Positions 1 to 9,333 of a DNA stretch of 64,000 nt are shown here, piece after piece. Within the stretch, counting starts at the first letter, position 1. The number at the start of each line of letters is the position of its first letter. The position numbers were made by a program, and so were the translations under genes. Source of the stretch: Candidatus Poribacteria bacterium (lineage in GTDB: Bacteria; Poribacteria; WGA-4E; WGA-3G); contig OZ251518.1 of assembly GCA_965242965.1 (NCBI GenBank), forward strand, positions 4,640,001 to 4,704,000, in the 5' to 3' direction. The notes under the pieces are model-generated. The model saw only the letters and a program-made list of their open reading frames with translations, ran no database searches and was not told where the DNA came from.

Positions 1-1
1 G

Positions 2-3000
2 AAACTCTACCTCATTCAAAACTGCATCTACGGGGTAGACATCCAACCCATCGCCGTGACAATTGCCAAGCTGCGGTTTTTCATCTCGCTCATCATCGAA
101 CAGGTGGCGAACGATAATCCCGATGATAACTACGGTATCCGTCCGCTACCGAATTTAGAAATCCGATTCGTCGCCGCCGATACGCTCATCGGGCTCCAGA
201 AATCCGATTTCCAAATGCTCCTTGAGACAGACGCGATTGAGCAAAAACGCCAGCAAATTTCAAAGATTCGCGAAAACTACTTCAGCGCGAACACTCGGCA
301 GCAGAAACTCTCGCTGATGCACGAAGAAGAGGCATGCCGGGCAGAATTAGTCAACGCGTTAACCGAATTGTCCTCGGGATGGGCATTAGATTCGCAAAGC
401 GGCATCGTCGACGAGGCACAGAAAATCGCGCAATGGAATCCTTACGACAGGAACGCCGTCGCGGATTTCTTCGATGCCGAGGAAATGTTCGGCGTGAAGG
501 ATGGGTTTGACATCGTCATCGGCAACCCGCCGTATATCCGGCACGAGAAGATTCGCCATCTCAAACCTGCTTTGAGAGAGCATTATGGCGGTTTCTTTAC
601 CAGCACTGCGGATATCAGCGTCTATTTTTACAAACGCGCCGCCGAACTCCTGAAACAGGCCGGTATTTTGACTTATATCTGCACGAATAAGTTTATGCGG
701 GGTGGCTACGGCAAAAACATTCGGCAGTTCTTAACATCGGATGTATCGCTGCAGGCACTCTTGGATTTCGGGAGTGTCCAAGTCTTTGAAGCGGCAGTTA
801 ACACCTGCATCGTTCGCGCTGAAAAACGGATGTCCGAAGCGAACCATACCTTCTGGGCAGCGACGTTAAGCAGCGGTTCCGATGACTTTAACGTTCAGGA
901 AGCGTTTCAAACACAGGCTTTTCCAATGCAGAATTCGCAGTTATCTCTGGACGAGTGGACTTTAGCATCACCTGAAGTCTTAGCACTGCTTGAAAAGTTG
1001 CAAAGCACTGGAATGCCTCTCGGTGAATCGGTTCAAGGCCAACTCTATTTTGGCATCAAATCGGGATACGATACCGCGTTTGTTATAGACAATGCCGAGC
1101 GCGAACACCTGATAGCCACGGATGCAAACAGCCGAGAACTCATAAAACCTTTCCTTCGCGGCCGGACTATCAGGAAGTGGAAATCCGATGTCCCAGAGGA
1201 ACACCTCATTGTGATAGCCAGCAGTACCAACGTAACGTGGCCCTGGACAGGGGTTGAAGACGAGGAAGCCGAGAGAATTTTCTCCGAAAACTACCCGGCG
1301 ATTCATCAACATCTCGCGCATCATCGGCAACGACTGGCAACACGTGAGGACATCGGCAAATTTTATTGGGAACTGCGTTCGTGTGACTACTATGAAGCCT
1401 TTGATGTGCCGAAGGTTATCTACTCAGGAACCGCGAAATCGTTCTACGGGTGTTATGACACTGCCGGGAATTACGGCTTAGCATCGACATGGGCGTTGCC
1501 AATCGAAGACCTGTCTCTGCTTGCAATCTTAAACAGTCGGCTGTTTGATTGGTATGCGCGACATAAATTTCAAAGCCTCGACAACCCGTGGGCGGGAGGG
1601 CGTTTGAATTTCAAAAAGGCGAACATGATGCATGTTCCGATAGCCGATCGAAATTCGGAACAGAAGGCGCAACTCTCGCGCTGGGTTGAGCGAATCCTCG
1701 CCGAACCTACAAGCGACAAAGTGTCCGCGCTTGAACATGCCATCGATCAGTTAGTCTACGAAGTTTATGGGTTAACCGAAGACGACATTGCGTTAATCGA
1801 GAAAACGTATCGCGATGCCGGCATGACGATACCCGAAGAGGAGGATATACCTATGCGTATCATTACCCGTGACGATATTCAGAGCATCGGCGATGCGGAA
1901 TCGTTGATGCAGTTTTTAGACGAAAAATTGGGTTTGCCTATTCCGGAAGGTTTAACCCTTGGAGAGATTGTCACAAATTTCTCACCCTATTCGCTCGGCA
2001 TCAGCAGAGACATCTCCAACGTGATGCTGGATTGCCAAGAGATTAGCGGTGCTCGTGGAGAACCTTCGGGTATCTTCCTTATCCGATTTCGCAGCGAAGA
2101 GGACTATTCGGAAGTCCTGCGTCTTGTCAGCGATTCCCCAAGGTTGCGCCGCCGCAACCCTGCAGATTTCGGTTTTATCTGTGCGGGTGAAAATTATCAA
2201 CCGTTCGCGTTTGCCTACTTCAGCGATTCGGCGGGAGGTGACTGGCAGAACGCGGAGTTAACCGTCTTTTCGTGGATAGAGACGAAGACGGTCGTTCACA
2301 CTGGTGCCAAGCATGAGCTGCCGGATGTCTTCTTTCCCGCTCCGTTACCTGAACCGGATGATCCCCCTGTGCCTGATCAGGTCATTGAGCCTACACCTGA
2401 CGAGGTTGTTAATCCGCCGGATGATAATCCGGATTCGCGTGAGCGTTTGTTGGCCAAACTGAGATCCACGGGGACATCGTTGGGACGGCATTGGAAAATC
2501 TTTAGCAGCGGCATTGTGACAGGGCTCAACAGCGCGTTTGTTATTGACGAATTCAAACGCGAACAGTTAATCGCCGAGGATTCTGAAAGTGCTCAATTGA
2601 TAAGGCCGTTAGCCCGTATTCCGAGAAGGAACAAATGGGCACCGGCGCGGAAGCATCTGATATGGATTCCGAGCAGCCAGTACAAACAATGGCCCTGGTC
2701 AGTTGCAAGCGGAGATGAAGTGACCGCGGAGCAAATCTTTGTCGAAACCTATCCAGCTATCAGCCAGCACCTAAACGTTTATAGGGACGACTTAAAAGGA
2801 CGATCTGCCACTCACCGGGGGGAATTCTATTGGGAACTCTCCGGAGCTGACCAGAATCCTGAGCATTACCCCAGAATTATCTATCGGAGGGGTAGTTCAA
2901 TGCGGGCGTGTTACGTAGATTGGGACGCGGTTCTTTTATACGGCACCTTCTCCATCCCTACGACAGACCTTTCCTTACTCGCGATTTTGAACAGCAAGGT

Positions 3001-3253
3001 TTTCAAGTGGTGGGCGCAATCCGAGTGTTTCTCATCAAGTGAGAACCAGCTGGTCTTCGGAAAAAGCAGCATGGATAATTTTCCGGTAGCGGATCGGACG
3101 GAGCAAAAATCGACAATCGTGGAGTACGTTCAGTTAATCCTTGACGAACCCGACAGTCACGAAGTCTCGGCCTTTGAGGCGGAGATTGACGCGTTGGTTT
3201 ACAATATGTATGGATTAACGGATGCCGAAATCGCGTTAATTGAGGGAAACTAG
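2..3253 (+). CDS. Type IIG (Eco57I/TaqI-like) N6-adenine R-M protein, 5'-truncated by window edge; MTase core + TRD1 fused in frame to a second N-domain/TRD module
   Basis: Frame open from nt 2 (KLYLIQNCIYGVDIQPIA...KLRFFISL); motif IV FDIVIGNPPY; TaqI-C-like TRD (AFVID..RE.LI, FYWELR, LLAILNS, IDQLVYEVYGLT); second module starts at internal ATG 1853. Confidence 0.85.
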   Translation, partial: KLYLIQNCIYGVDIQPIAVTIAKLRFFISLIIEQVANDNPDDNYGIRPLPNLEIRFVAADTLIGLQKSDFQMLLETDAIEQKRQQISKIRENYFSANTRQQKLSLMHEEEACRAELVNALTELSSGWALDSQSGIVDEAQKIAQWNPYDRNAVADFFDAEEMFGVKDGFDIVIGNPPYIRHEKIRHLKPALREHYGGFFTSTADISVYFYKRAAELLKQAGILTYICTNKFMRGGYGKNIRQFLTSDVSLQALLDFGSVQVFEAAVNTCIVRAEKRMSEANHTFWAATLSSGSDDFNVQEAFQTQAFPMQNSQLSLDEWTLASPEVLALLEKLQSTGMPLGESVQGQLYFGIKSGYDTAFVIDNAEREHLIATDANSRELIKPFLRGRTIRKWKSDVPEEHLIVIASSTNVTWPWTGVEDEEAERIFSENYPAIHQHLAHHRQRLATREDIGKFYWELRSCDYYEAFDVPKVIYSGTAKSFYGCYDTAGNYGLASTWALPIEDLSLLAILNSRLFDWYARHKFQSLDNPWAGGRLNFKKANMMHVPIADRNSEQKAQLSRWVERILAEPTSDKVSALEHAIDQLVYEVYGLTEDDIALIEKTYRDAGMTIPEEEDIPMRIITRDDIQSIGDAESLMQFLDEKLGLPIPEGLTLGEIVTNFSPYSLGISRDISNVMLDCQEISGARGEPSGIFLIRFRSEEDYSEVLRLVSDSPRLRRRNPADFGFICAGENYQPFAFAYFSDSAGGDWQNAELTVFSWIETKTVVHTGAKHELPDVFFPAPLPEPDDPPVPDQVIEPTPDEVVNPPDDNPDSRERLLAKLRSTGTSLGRHWKIFSSGIVTGLNSAFVIDEFKREQLIAEDSESAQLIRPLARIPRRNKWAPARKHLIWIPSSQYKQWPWSVASGDEVTAEQIFVETYPAISQHLNVYRDDLKGRSATHRGEFYWELSGADQNPEHYPRIIYRRGSSMRACYVDWDAVLLYGTFSIPTTDLSLLAILNSKVFKWWAQSECFSSSENQLVFGKSSMDNFPVADRTEQKSTIVEYVQLILDEPDSHEVSAFEAEIDALVYNMYGLTDAEIALIEGN
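1838..1855 (+). promoter_or_regulatory. Internal Shine-Dalgarno (GAGGAGG) + ATG for module 2
   Basis: gaggaggatatacctATGcgtat, homologous to gaggaggacattgccaaATGcgtat before 4007. Confidence 0.7.
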
Positions 3254-3261
3254 CCGCATGC

Positions 3262-3907
3262 CGCGGGACCTGAATGTCTATAGCCCGCCGGGTAGGAGAG
3301 ACCTCCCGGTCTCGATGCACCCCCGTAGGAGAGACCTCCTGGTCTCGATTTCTTCGGGTAGGAGAGCCCACCTCTGTAGTTCGGGAGCGCCCGCTCCCGA
3401 ACGGGTCAGGATCAGGCGATCCTGACCTACAGGGGGAATGAGGTCTGACAGCAAAACGCCTGGCGAGGGACAGGCCCTCGCCCTACGGGAAAAGGGGATG
3501 TGCTTTGACGAAGAAACCCTCCCGTTACCGTAGCGCGGGGGCCTGTCCCCCGCGATCGTTGGATTGCGCGAACGATGGCGAGGGACAGGCCCTCCCTACG
3601 TGAAAGGGAAGCGTTTTTTTCATCGTAGCGCGGGGCCCTCGGATGCCACACGCGCATCCGAGCGGGTTTCCCCCGCGAGTGTTCGGTAGACCGGAGCCTG
3701 GCGAGGGACAGGCCCTCGCCCTACGGGGAAGGGGGATGTGCTTTGACGAAGAAACCCTCCCGTTACCGTAGCGCGGGGGCCTGTCCCCCGCGAGTGTTCG
3801 GTAGCCCGCAGCATGGCGAGGGACAGGCCCTCGCCCTACGTGAAGGGGAACCGTTTTTCGCCCAAGAAACCCGCCCGTTACCGGAGCGCGGGGCCCTCGG
3901 ATGCCAT
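3262..3907. repeat. Composite GTAG-REP cluster
   Basis: GTAGGAGAGACCTCC(C/T)GGTCTCGA, GTAGTTCGGGAGC..GCTCCCGAAC, GTAGCGCGGGGGCCTGTCCCCCGCG and GGCGAGGGACAGGCCCTCGCCCTAC units. Confidence 0.9.
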
Positions 3908-4006
3908 CAATGAAAAAATAGGTCGTAATTTCAGGCGATATGCGATAAACTACTATCTCAAAGGAGACGTTACAGAAACCCGAAAACGAGAGGAGGACAT
4001 TGCCAA

Positions 4007-5479
4007 ATGCGTATAGTTACGCGTGATGATACTCAGGGCATCGGCGATGCGGCATCGTTGCTGGCTTTCTTACGCGAGAAGTTCGCATTGCCTATCGCGG
4101 AGGATGCAACACTGGAACAGATTGCGCGGCCCTTTCCGTTACCGTATCTGCGGCTTGAAGAGGCAGTCGCCGCCCAGGTTATTGAGTGCCAAGAACTCCG
4201 TGTTCGTACTGAGGACGCTTCCGGGACTCGGCAGCCTTTCCTCATCCGATTTCGTGAGGAGACAGGATATCTGGAGCTCTTGCTTCACGTTGGGAAAGGC
4301 TTGCAGCTGCAAGGCTATAATGCTGAGGATTTCGGCTTCCTCTGTGTGGATGAGCATTTTTGTCCGTTCGCGCTCGCTTCCTTTGAAGGCGCAGAGTTGA
4401 CTATCCGTTCGTGGGGAGAGCAGCAGGCGCGCATCCATATTGACGCTGCCCATGAAATCCGTGCTGATTTCTTCCCGATGAAACAGGACACGCCAGCGAT
4501 TGCGGAAGTTCGATCGAACCTGCCTGAACCTCCCGTGAACGAGGAAGCAACACCTCTTGTCCCTGGGCCGGGTATAGTTGTCTCATCTTCGTCGGACGCG
4601 TTGTTGGCGAAAATCGAAAATGCTGGCACACCACTCAAGGAAGTCATCGACCAGGATCGGCTTAAACGTCGGATTGAGACCGGTCGGATTGAGACGAGAT
4701 GCAACATCGCATTCCTCATAGACAAGCCCAAACGCGAACAGTTAATCGCTGAGGATGCGAAAAGCGATGAACTCATAAAACCTATTATTGGGAGGTTGCA
4801 GGTAAAAAGGTGGCAACTGACTCCGAAGTATCTGATATTTATCCCCAGCAGTAAATTCAGGAAGTGGCCCTGGTCCGGCAGAAACGAGTCGGAGGCAGAG
4901 CGGATCTTTGCGAACGAATATCCGGCAATCCGCGAGCATCTCAACAACTATAGAGATAAGGTAAAGACACGCTCTAGACACGGCGAATTCTATTGGGAAC
5001 TCGCCATGCGTGCAGAGTATCCTGAGTTTCAGGAGCCCAAAATTGCCTACCGATGTGGGTATGCTATACAGGCCACCTATGACACATCTGGGGCGATTGT
5101 CATACATGGGGGTGGCTTCATCCCTTCTGCCGACCGGTCGCTGCTGGCGATTTTGAACAGCAAACTTCTCCATTTCTATGCACTAGCCCGATGTCAATCC
5201 ACGTATAATAGACCGCCGAATGCGGAGAATTGGATTGATTTCTACGAGCCGGGACAAGACTATCGGCTAGACAGTCTTCCGGTAGCGGATCGGACAGAAA
5301 AGGAGAAAGCGGACCTCGCGAATTACGTTCAGACAATTCTTGAGGATCCGCACGGTAACGAAGTCACTGTCTGTGAGGAGGAGATTGATGCGCTGGTTTA
5401 CCACCTGTATCGGTTAACTCCTGCCGAAATCGCGCTCATTGAAGAAACTAGCCGCATGTCGCAGGACATCTCTCTTTAG
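4007..5479 (+). CDS. Stand-alone type IIG N-terminal domain + Pro-rich linker + TRD protein (no MTase motifs)
   Basis: MRIVTRDD.. aligns with the internal MRIITRDD.. module; TRD boxes present; no NPPY or FxGxG. Confidence 0.8.
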   Translation: MRIVTRDDTQGIGDAASLLAFLREKFALPIAEDATLEQIARPFPLPYLRLEEAVAAQVIECQELRVRTEDASGTRQPFLIRFREETGYLELLLHVGKGLQLQGYNAEDFGFLCVDEHFCPFALASFEGAELTIRSWGEQQARIHIDAAHEIRADFFPMKQDTPAIAEVRSNLPEPPVNEEATPLVPGPGIVVSSSSDALLAKIENAGTPLKEVIDQDRLKRRIETGRIETRCNIAFLIDKPKREQLIAEDAKSDELIKPIIGRLQVKRWQLTPKYLIFIPSSKFRKWPWSGRNESEAERIFANEYPAIREHLNNYRDKVKTRSRHGEFYWELAMRAEYPEFQEPKIAYRCGYAIQATYDTSGAIVIHGGGFIPSADRSLLAILNSKLLHFYALARCQSTYNRPPNAENWIDFYEPGQDYRLDSLPVADRTEKEKADLANYVQTILEDPHGNEVTVCEEEIDALVYHLYRLTPAEIALIEETSRMSQDISL

Positions 5480-5915
5480 GTCTGTAGGACCTTAATGTCT
5501 ATAGCCTGTCAGGTAGGAGAGACCTTCCGGTCTCAATGCAAGCGATGTTCCCGTAGGAGAGACCTCCCGGTCTCGATTTCTTCCGGTAGGAGAGTCCACC
5601 TCTGTAGTTCGGGAGCACCCGCTCCCGAACGGGTCAGGATCAGGCGATCCTGACCTACAGGGGGGACGAGGTCTGACACCAAAACGCATGGCGAGGGACA
5701 GGCCCTCGCCCTACGTGAAGAGGAAGCGTTTTTTCACCGTAGCGCGGGGGCCTGTCCCCCGCGATCGTCCGGTAGACCGGAGCATGGCGAGGGACAGGCC
5801 CTCGCCCTACGTGAAGGGGCAGCGTTTTTTCATCGCAGCGCGGGGGCCCTCGGATGCCACACGCGCATGCGAGTGGGTTTCCCCCGCGACGTTGAGCGAA
5901 TTATGAAACACCCTC
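5478..5915. repeat. Composite REP cluster ending in a solo MITE terminus
   Basis: Same REP order as 3262-3907; ends with TTATGAAACACCCTC at 5901-5915. Confidence 0.85.
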
Positions 5916-5935
5916 AGGTAAATAGAGGAGCAACT

Positions 5936-6922
5936 ATGAAAGTTTTAGTCATCGGCGGCACCGGCAACATTAGCCGCGGCATCGTCGCCGCACTGCAAGC
6001 GCGCAACAGCGAAGTGGTGCTGTTTAACCGCGGACAACACGTCGACGCGCCGCCACTAGACGTGCGCGTAATTCACGGAGACCGGCAGCAGCGCGCCGAT
6101 TTTGAGGCGAAAGTCGGCGCAGAAGAATGGGATGCTGTCATTGACATGATCAGTTTCAACGCTGATGATACCGCCTCCGCGATTCGGGCGTTTCAGGGAC
6201 GCGTCGGGCATTTCGTGCACTGCTCAACGGTGATGACATACGGGCCGCCCTTTGATGGCGTAAATTTGCCGGAAACAGCACCGTTAAACGGCACATCGGG
6301 CTACGCGCTCGGCAAAATCGCAGCGGATAATCTGCTGTTGGAAGCGCACGCGCGCGACGGGTTTCCGGTGACGATTTTCAAGCCGTCTTATACGCACGGA
6401 CCGGGGATACCTCTACATCGGCAGCTCGGATGCGGCGGGGTATGGATTGACAGGCTGCGCAAAGGGAAACCGATTATCTCCGTGGGTGATGGGACGAACT
6501 ATTTCCAATTTTTGGCATCGCGGGATGCAGGCGTTGCGTTCGCGGCGGTGCTCGGCAAAACCGAGTGCCTCGGGGAGATATACAACCTCGTGCATCCGCA
6601 GCCGCGCACATGGGACGAATGGCAAGAAGTTGCCGCTGCGTTTTTAGGTGTTTCGGCAGAGTTCGTGCATGTAGCGCAGGATACGCTCATTGCGATGGAC
6701 GCGCAGCGGTATAGCGGATTGCGCGGCAACTTCGGACATACGCAGATTTACAGCGGCGCAAAATTGGCGGCGGTGCTACCGGAATTCAACCCGCAAACGC
6801 CTGTGACAGAGAGCGTCGCCGATAACATTGCGTGGATGGACAAGCACAACCGCGTCCCGAATAGCGACGAAGATGACGTGGAAGACCGGATTATTGCGGC
6901 TATCCAAAACCTGTCGCTTTGA
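5936..6922 (+). CDS. NAD-dependent epimerase/dehydratase family protein
   Basis: MKVLVIGGTGNIS Rossmann motif, YxxxK (YALGK), SD gaggag. Confidence 0.85.
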   Translation: MKVLVIGGTGNISRGIVAALQARNSEVVLFNRGQHVDAPPLDVRVIHGDRQQRADFEAKVGAEEWDAVIDMISFNADDTASAIRAFQGRVGHFVHCSTVMTYGPPFDGVNLPETAPLNGTSGYALGKIAADNLLLEAHARDGFPVTIFKPSYTHGPGIPLHRQLGCGGVWIDRLRKGKPIISVGDGTNYFQFLASRDAGVAFAAVLGKTECLGEIYNLVHPQPRTWDEWQEVAAAFLGVSAEFVHVAQDTLIAMDAQRYSGLRGNFGHTQIYSGAKLAAVLPEFNPQTPVTESVADNIAWMDKHNRVPNSDEDDVEDRIIAAIQNLSL

Positions 6923-7099
6923 GAGGCAGTGTTTAGCGAATGTTAACGAATCGGCATTTCCGGTAGGAGAGACCTCCTGGTCTCGATGCACACTGTATCG
7001 GGACAAGGATGTCCCTCCTACCCAGACGCGTAGGAGAGACTCCCGTCTTGAAAAAAAACCGGTAGACGAGACTCCGGACTCAATTTTGAGGTAAAAACC

Positions 7100-7912
7100 G
7101 TGCTAAAAATCAAATCGGCATTAGATTCAGAGAGACTTGACTGCGTGGAACGCGACCTGAGCGAGGTGGGATTCCACATTATCAAGAACGTCATCACGCC
7201 TGAAGAGGCAGACGAAGCGCGCGAGGCGATATGGTCCCTCGTTGATGAAGATATCGCAAACGGCCGGGACCACACTTACGGCGATGGCAAAATTCGGCGT
7301 GTGTGGGGTATCGTCGGCAAATCGCCTATTTTTCGGCGGCTCATCCAACATCCGACAGTCATCGCTGTATGGAAACGCATGCTCGGTGAGGATGTCATCG
7401 CCTCGACATTCACTGCCAACATCGTTGACCCGGGCGCGCCCGCCGGCGGATGGCATATTGACTATCCCTATTGGGCGATGCAGCCGCCGTTTCCTTCCGG
7501 TTCTTTGACTGGACAGACGGTGTGGATGCTGGATGCCTTCACAGCGGATAACGGTGCGACGGCGTGCATTGCAGGCTCGCACAAAACGCTGCGTCGCCCA
7601 GAGTTAGGCGAAGCAGAGGGATTGGAGAAGAGCATCGCTGTCGCGCCGAAAGGTTCAATTCTGTTTACTAACGGTGCCATCTGGCATCAGTGTCTACCCA
7701 ACATGACAGATGCATCGCGCGTCGGGTTGCTCGGCATGTATAACCGTTCGGTTATCTATCCGCAGGAAGACATGCCGCGGCAGTTAACCGATGCGGCATT
7801 AGCGGATGAAAGCGATATCCTCAAGCAGTTGTTGGGCAGAAATATCCCGTTTCGCGATGTAGACCAGGGGCACAATTGGCATCGGACGGACAGGGGGTTT
7901 CGGGTTAACTGA
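7100..7912 (+). CDS. Phytanoyl-CoA dioxygenase (PhyH) family Fe/2OG enzyme
   Basis: WHxD (WHID), NGAT..IAGSHK, distal WH. Confidence 0.85.
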   Translation: MLKIKSALDSERLDCVERDLSEVGFHIIKNVITPEEADEAREAIWSLVDEDIANGRDHTYGDGKIRRVWGIVGKSPIFRRLIQHPTVIAVWKRMLGEDVIASTFTANIVDPGAPAGGWHIDYPYWAMQPPFPSGSLTGQTVWMLDAFTADNGATACIAGSHKTLRRPELGEAEGLEKSIAVAPKGSILFTNGAIWHQCLPNMTDASRVGLLGMYNRSVIYPQEDMPRQLTDAALADESDILKQLLGRNIPFRDVDQGHNWHRTDRGFRVN

Positions 7913-7986
7913 TTCGGGCCCCGGTAGGAGAGACCTCCTTGCCTCGATGGTTTTCCTAAATGTCTCTGGCATTCGTCCAAATGTTG

Positions 7987-8015
7987 TTGCAATTCCGCTC
8001 GTGATATGATATACT
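7987..8015 (+). promoter_or_regulatory. sigma70-like promoter (copy 1)
   Basis: TTGCAA-17-TATACT; the paralogous copy is TTGCAA-17-TACACT at 9248-9276. Confidence 0.6.
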
Positions 8016-8025
8016 ATAGTAAAGT

Positions 8026-8466
8026 GAGGGTGTTTCATAATTCCGTGTAGGAGAGCCCTCCCGGTCTCGATTTTTCCGTAGCGCGGGGGCCTGTCCCCCG
8101 CGAGCGCTGGATTGCGCGAGGCATGGCGAGGGAAACCCGCTCGGATGCGCGTATGGCATCCGAGGGCCCTCGCCCTACGGTGCGGGGTGGCGTTTTTTTC
8201 CCGTAGCGCGGGGGCCTGTCCCCCGCGATCTCCATCGTCATGATGTGTGTTTCCCCCTCTGTAGTTTGTGATCGCCTGATCACAAACGGGTCGGGATCAG
8301 GCGATCCCGAACTACAGGACCTGGCGAGCGAGCGATGGCGAGGGACAGGCCCTCGCCCTACGTGAAGGAGAGGCGTTTTTTTCCCGTAGCGCGGGGGCCC
8401 TCGGATGCCACACGCGCATGCGAGCGGGTTTCCCCCGCGACGTTGAGCGATTTATGAAACACCCTC
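8026..8466. mobile_element. MITE with REP cargo, 8-bp TSD AGTAAAGT
   Basis: TIR GAGGGTGTTTCATAA / TTATGAAACACCCTC; AGTAAAGT at 8018-8025 and 8467-8474; single copy at the empty paralogous site 9279-9286. Confidence 0.9.
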
Positions 8467-8521
8467 AGTAAAGTAGATGCCGCAACCAGCGGCAAAACCT
8501 GCATTGTGGAGGCATGAGAGC

Positions 8522-9100
8522 ATGAATCTGCAGACTCACCCCATCGCGCCAGAGGGAATCTTCCCCGAAACTGTCACGATGACGTTGGATGAATTCCTCA
8601 CCAGCGATGTAGAGGGATATGAATACGTTAAAGGAGAATTGATACCCATGGCATCGCCCTCGGCGGAACACGGTTTGATAGGGGCAAATGTTTCTTGGCA
8701 TTTAAGTAGGTATGTGCGCGAGAATCAATTGGGAGCAGTGGTTGGCTCCGAAACAGGTTTCCAAGTTGGCGAACGCGTGCTAAAACCGGATGTCGCGTTT
8801 ATCTCAACACCCCGACTCCCCGAAGACCTGATTAAGGCGTTCCCTGTTCCACCAGACCTCGCTGTTGAGGTGATTTCGCCATCAGAAACTTTCCGGAAAG
8901 TGGTCGAAAAGGCGTTCGCCTACTTAGAGGGTGGAACGCGTCTCGTCTGGGTGATAGAACCCGGCTCAAAGACAGTCACCGTGTATCGTTCTGAAACAGA
9001 CATCACGCTGCTCACGCGCAAAGATACCCTCACCGGTGAGGATGTGGTGGAAGGGTTTACGTGTCAAGTCGCGGAGTTTTTTGAGTTGCCGCGTGGTTAA
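8522..9100 (+). CDS. Uma2 family (DUF820) endonuclease
   Basis: YEYVKGEL, KPDVAF, PDLAVEVISPS motifs. Confidence 0.9.
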   Translation: MNLQTHPIAPEGIFPETVTMTLDEFLTSDVEGYEYVKGELIPMASPSAEHGLIGANVSWHLSRYVRENQLGAVVGSETGFQVGERVLKPDVAFISTPRLPEDLIKAFPVPPDLAVEVISPSETFRKVVEKAFAYLEGGTRLVWVIEPGSKTVTVYRSETDITLLTRKDTLTGEDVVEGFTCQVAEFFELPRG

Positions 9101-9112
9101 AGGAGGCAACCA

Positions 9113-9174
9113 TGGGTGCCGTTGCAGCACAAACCCTTTTCACGCCCGAAGAATACATCATTGTGCCTCGGTAG
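9113..9174 (+). pseudogene. Truncated copy of the 9924 Uma2 gene start
   Basis: MGAVAAQTLFTPEEYII, then a stop within a REP-like GTAG. Confidence 0.75.
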
Positions 9175-9333
9175 GCGAGCCCTCCTGGGCTCAATAGTTT
9201 TACGGTGTGCCCCGGTAGGAGAGACCTCCTGGTCTCGACAGTTTTACTTGCAATTCCGCTTGTGATGTGATACACTATAGTAAAGTAGCTGTCGCAATCG
9301 GCGGCAAAACCTGCATTGTGGAGGCATGAGAGC

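Noticed and set aside
3003-4016. Short ORFs in repeat clusters (MARDRPSPY, RGTGPRAT, VGETSRSR types) throughout the window
   Set aside because: They are translations of REP units, not genes; they also cause false N-terminal extensions at 5867, 44328 and 54792.
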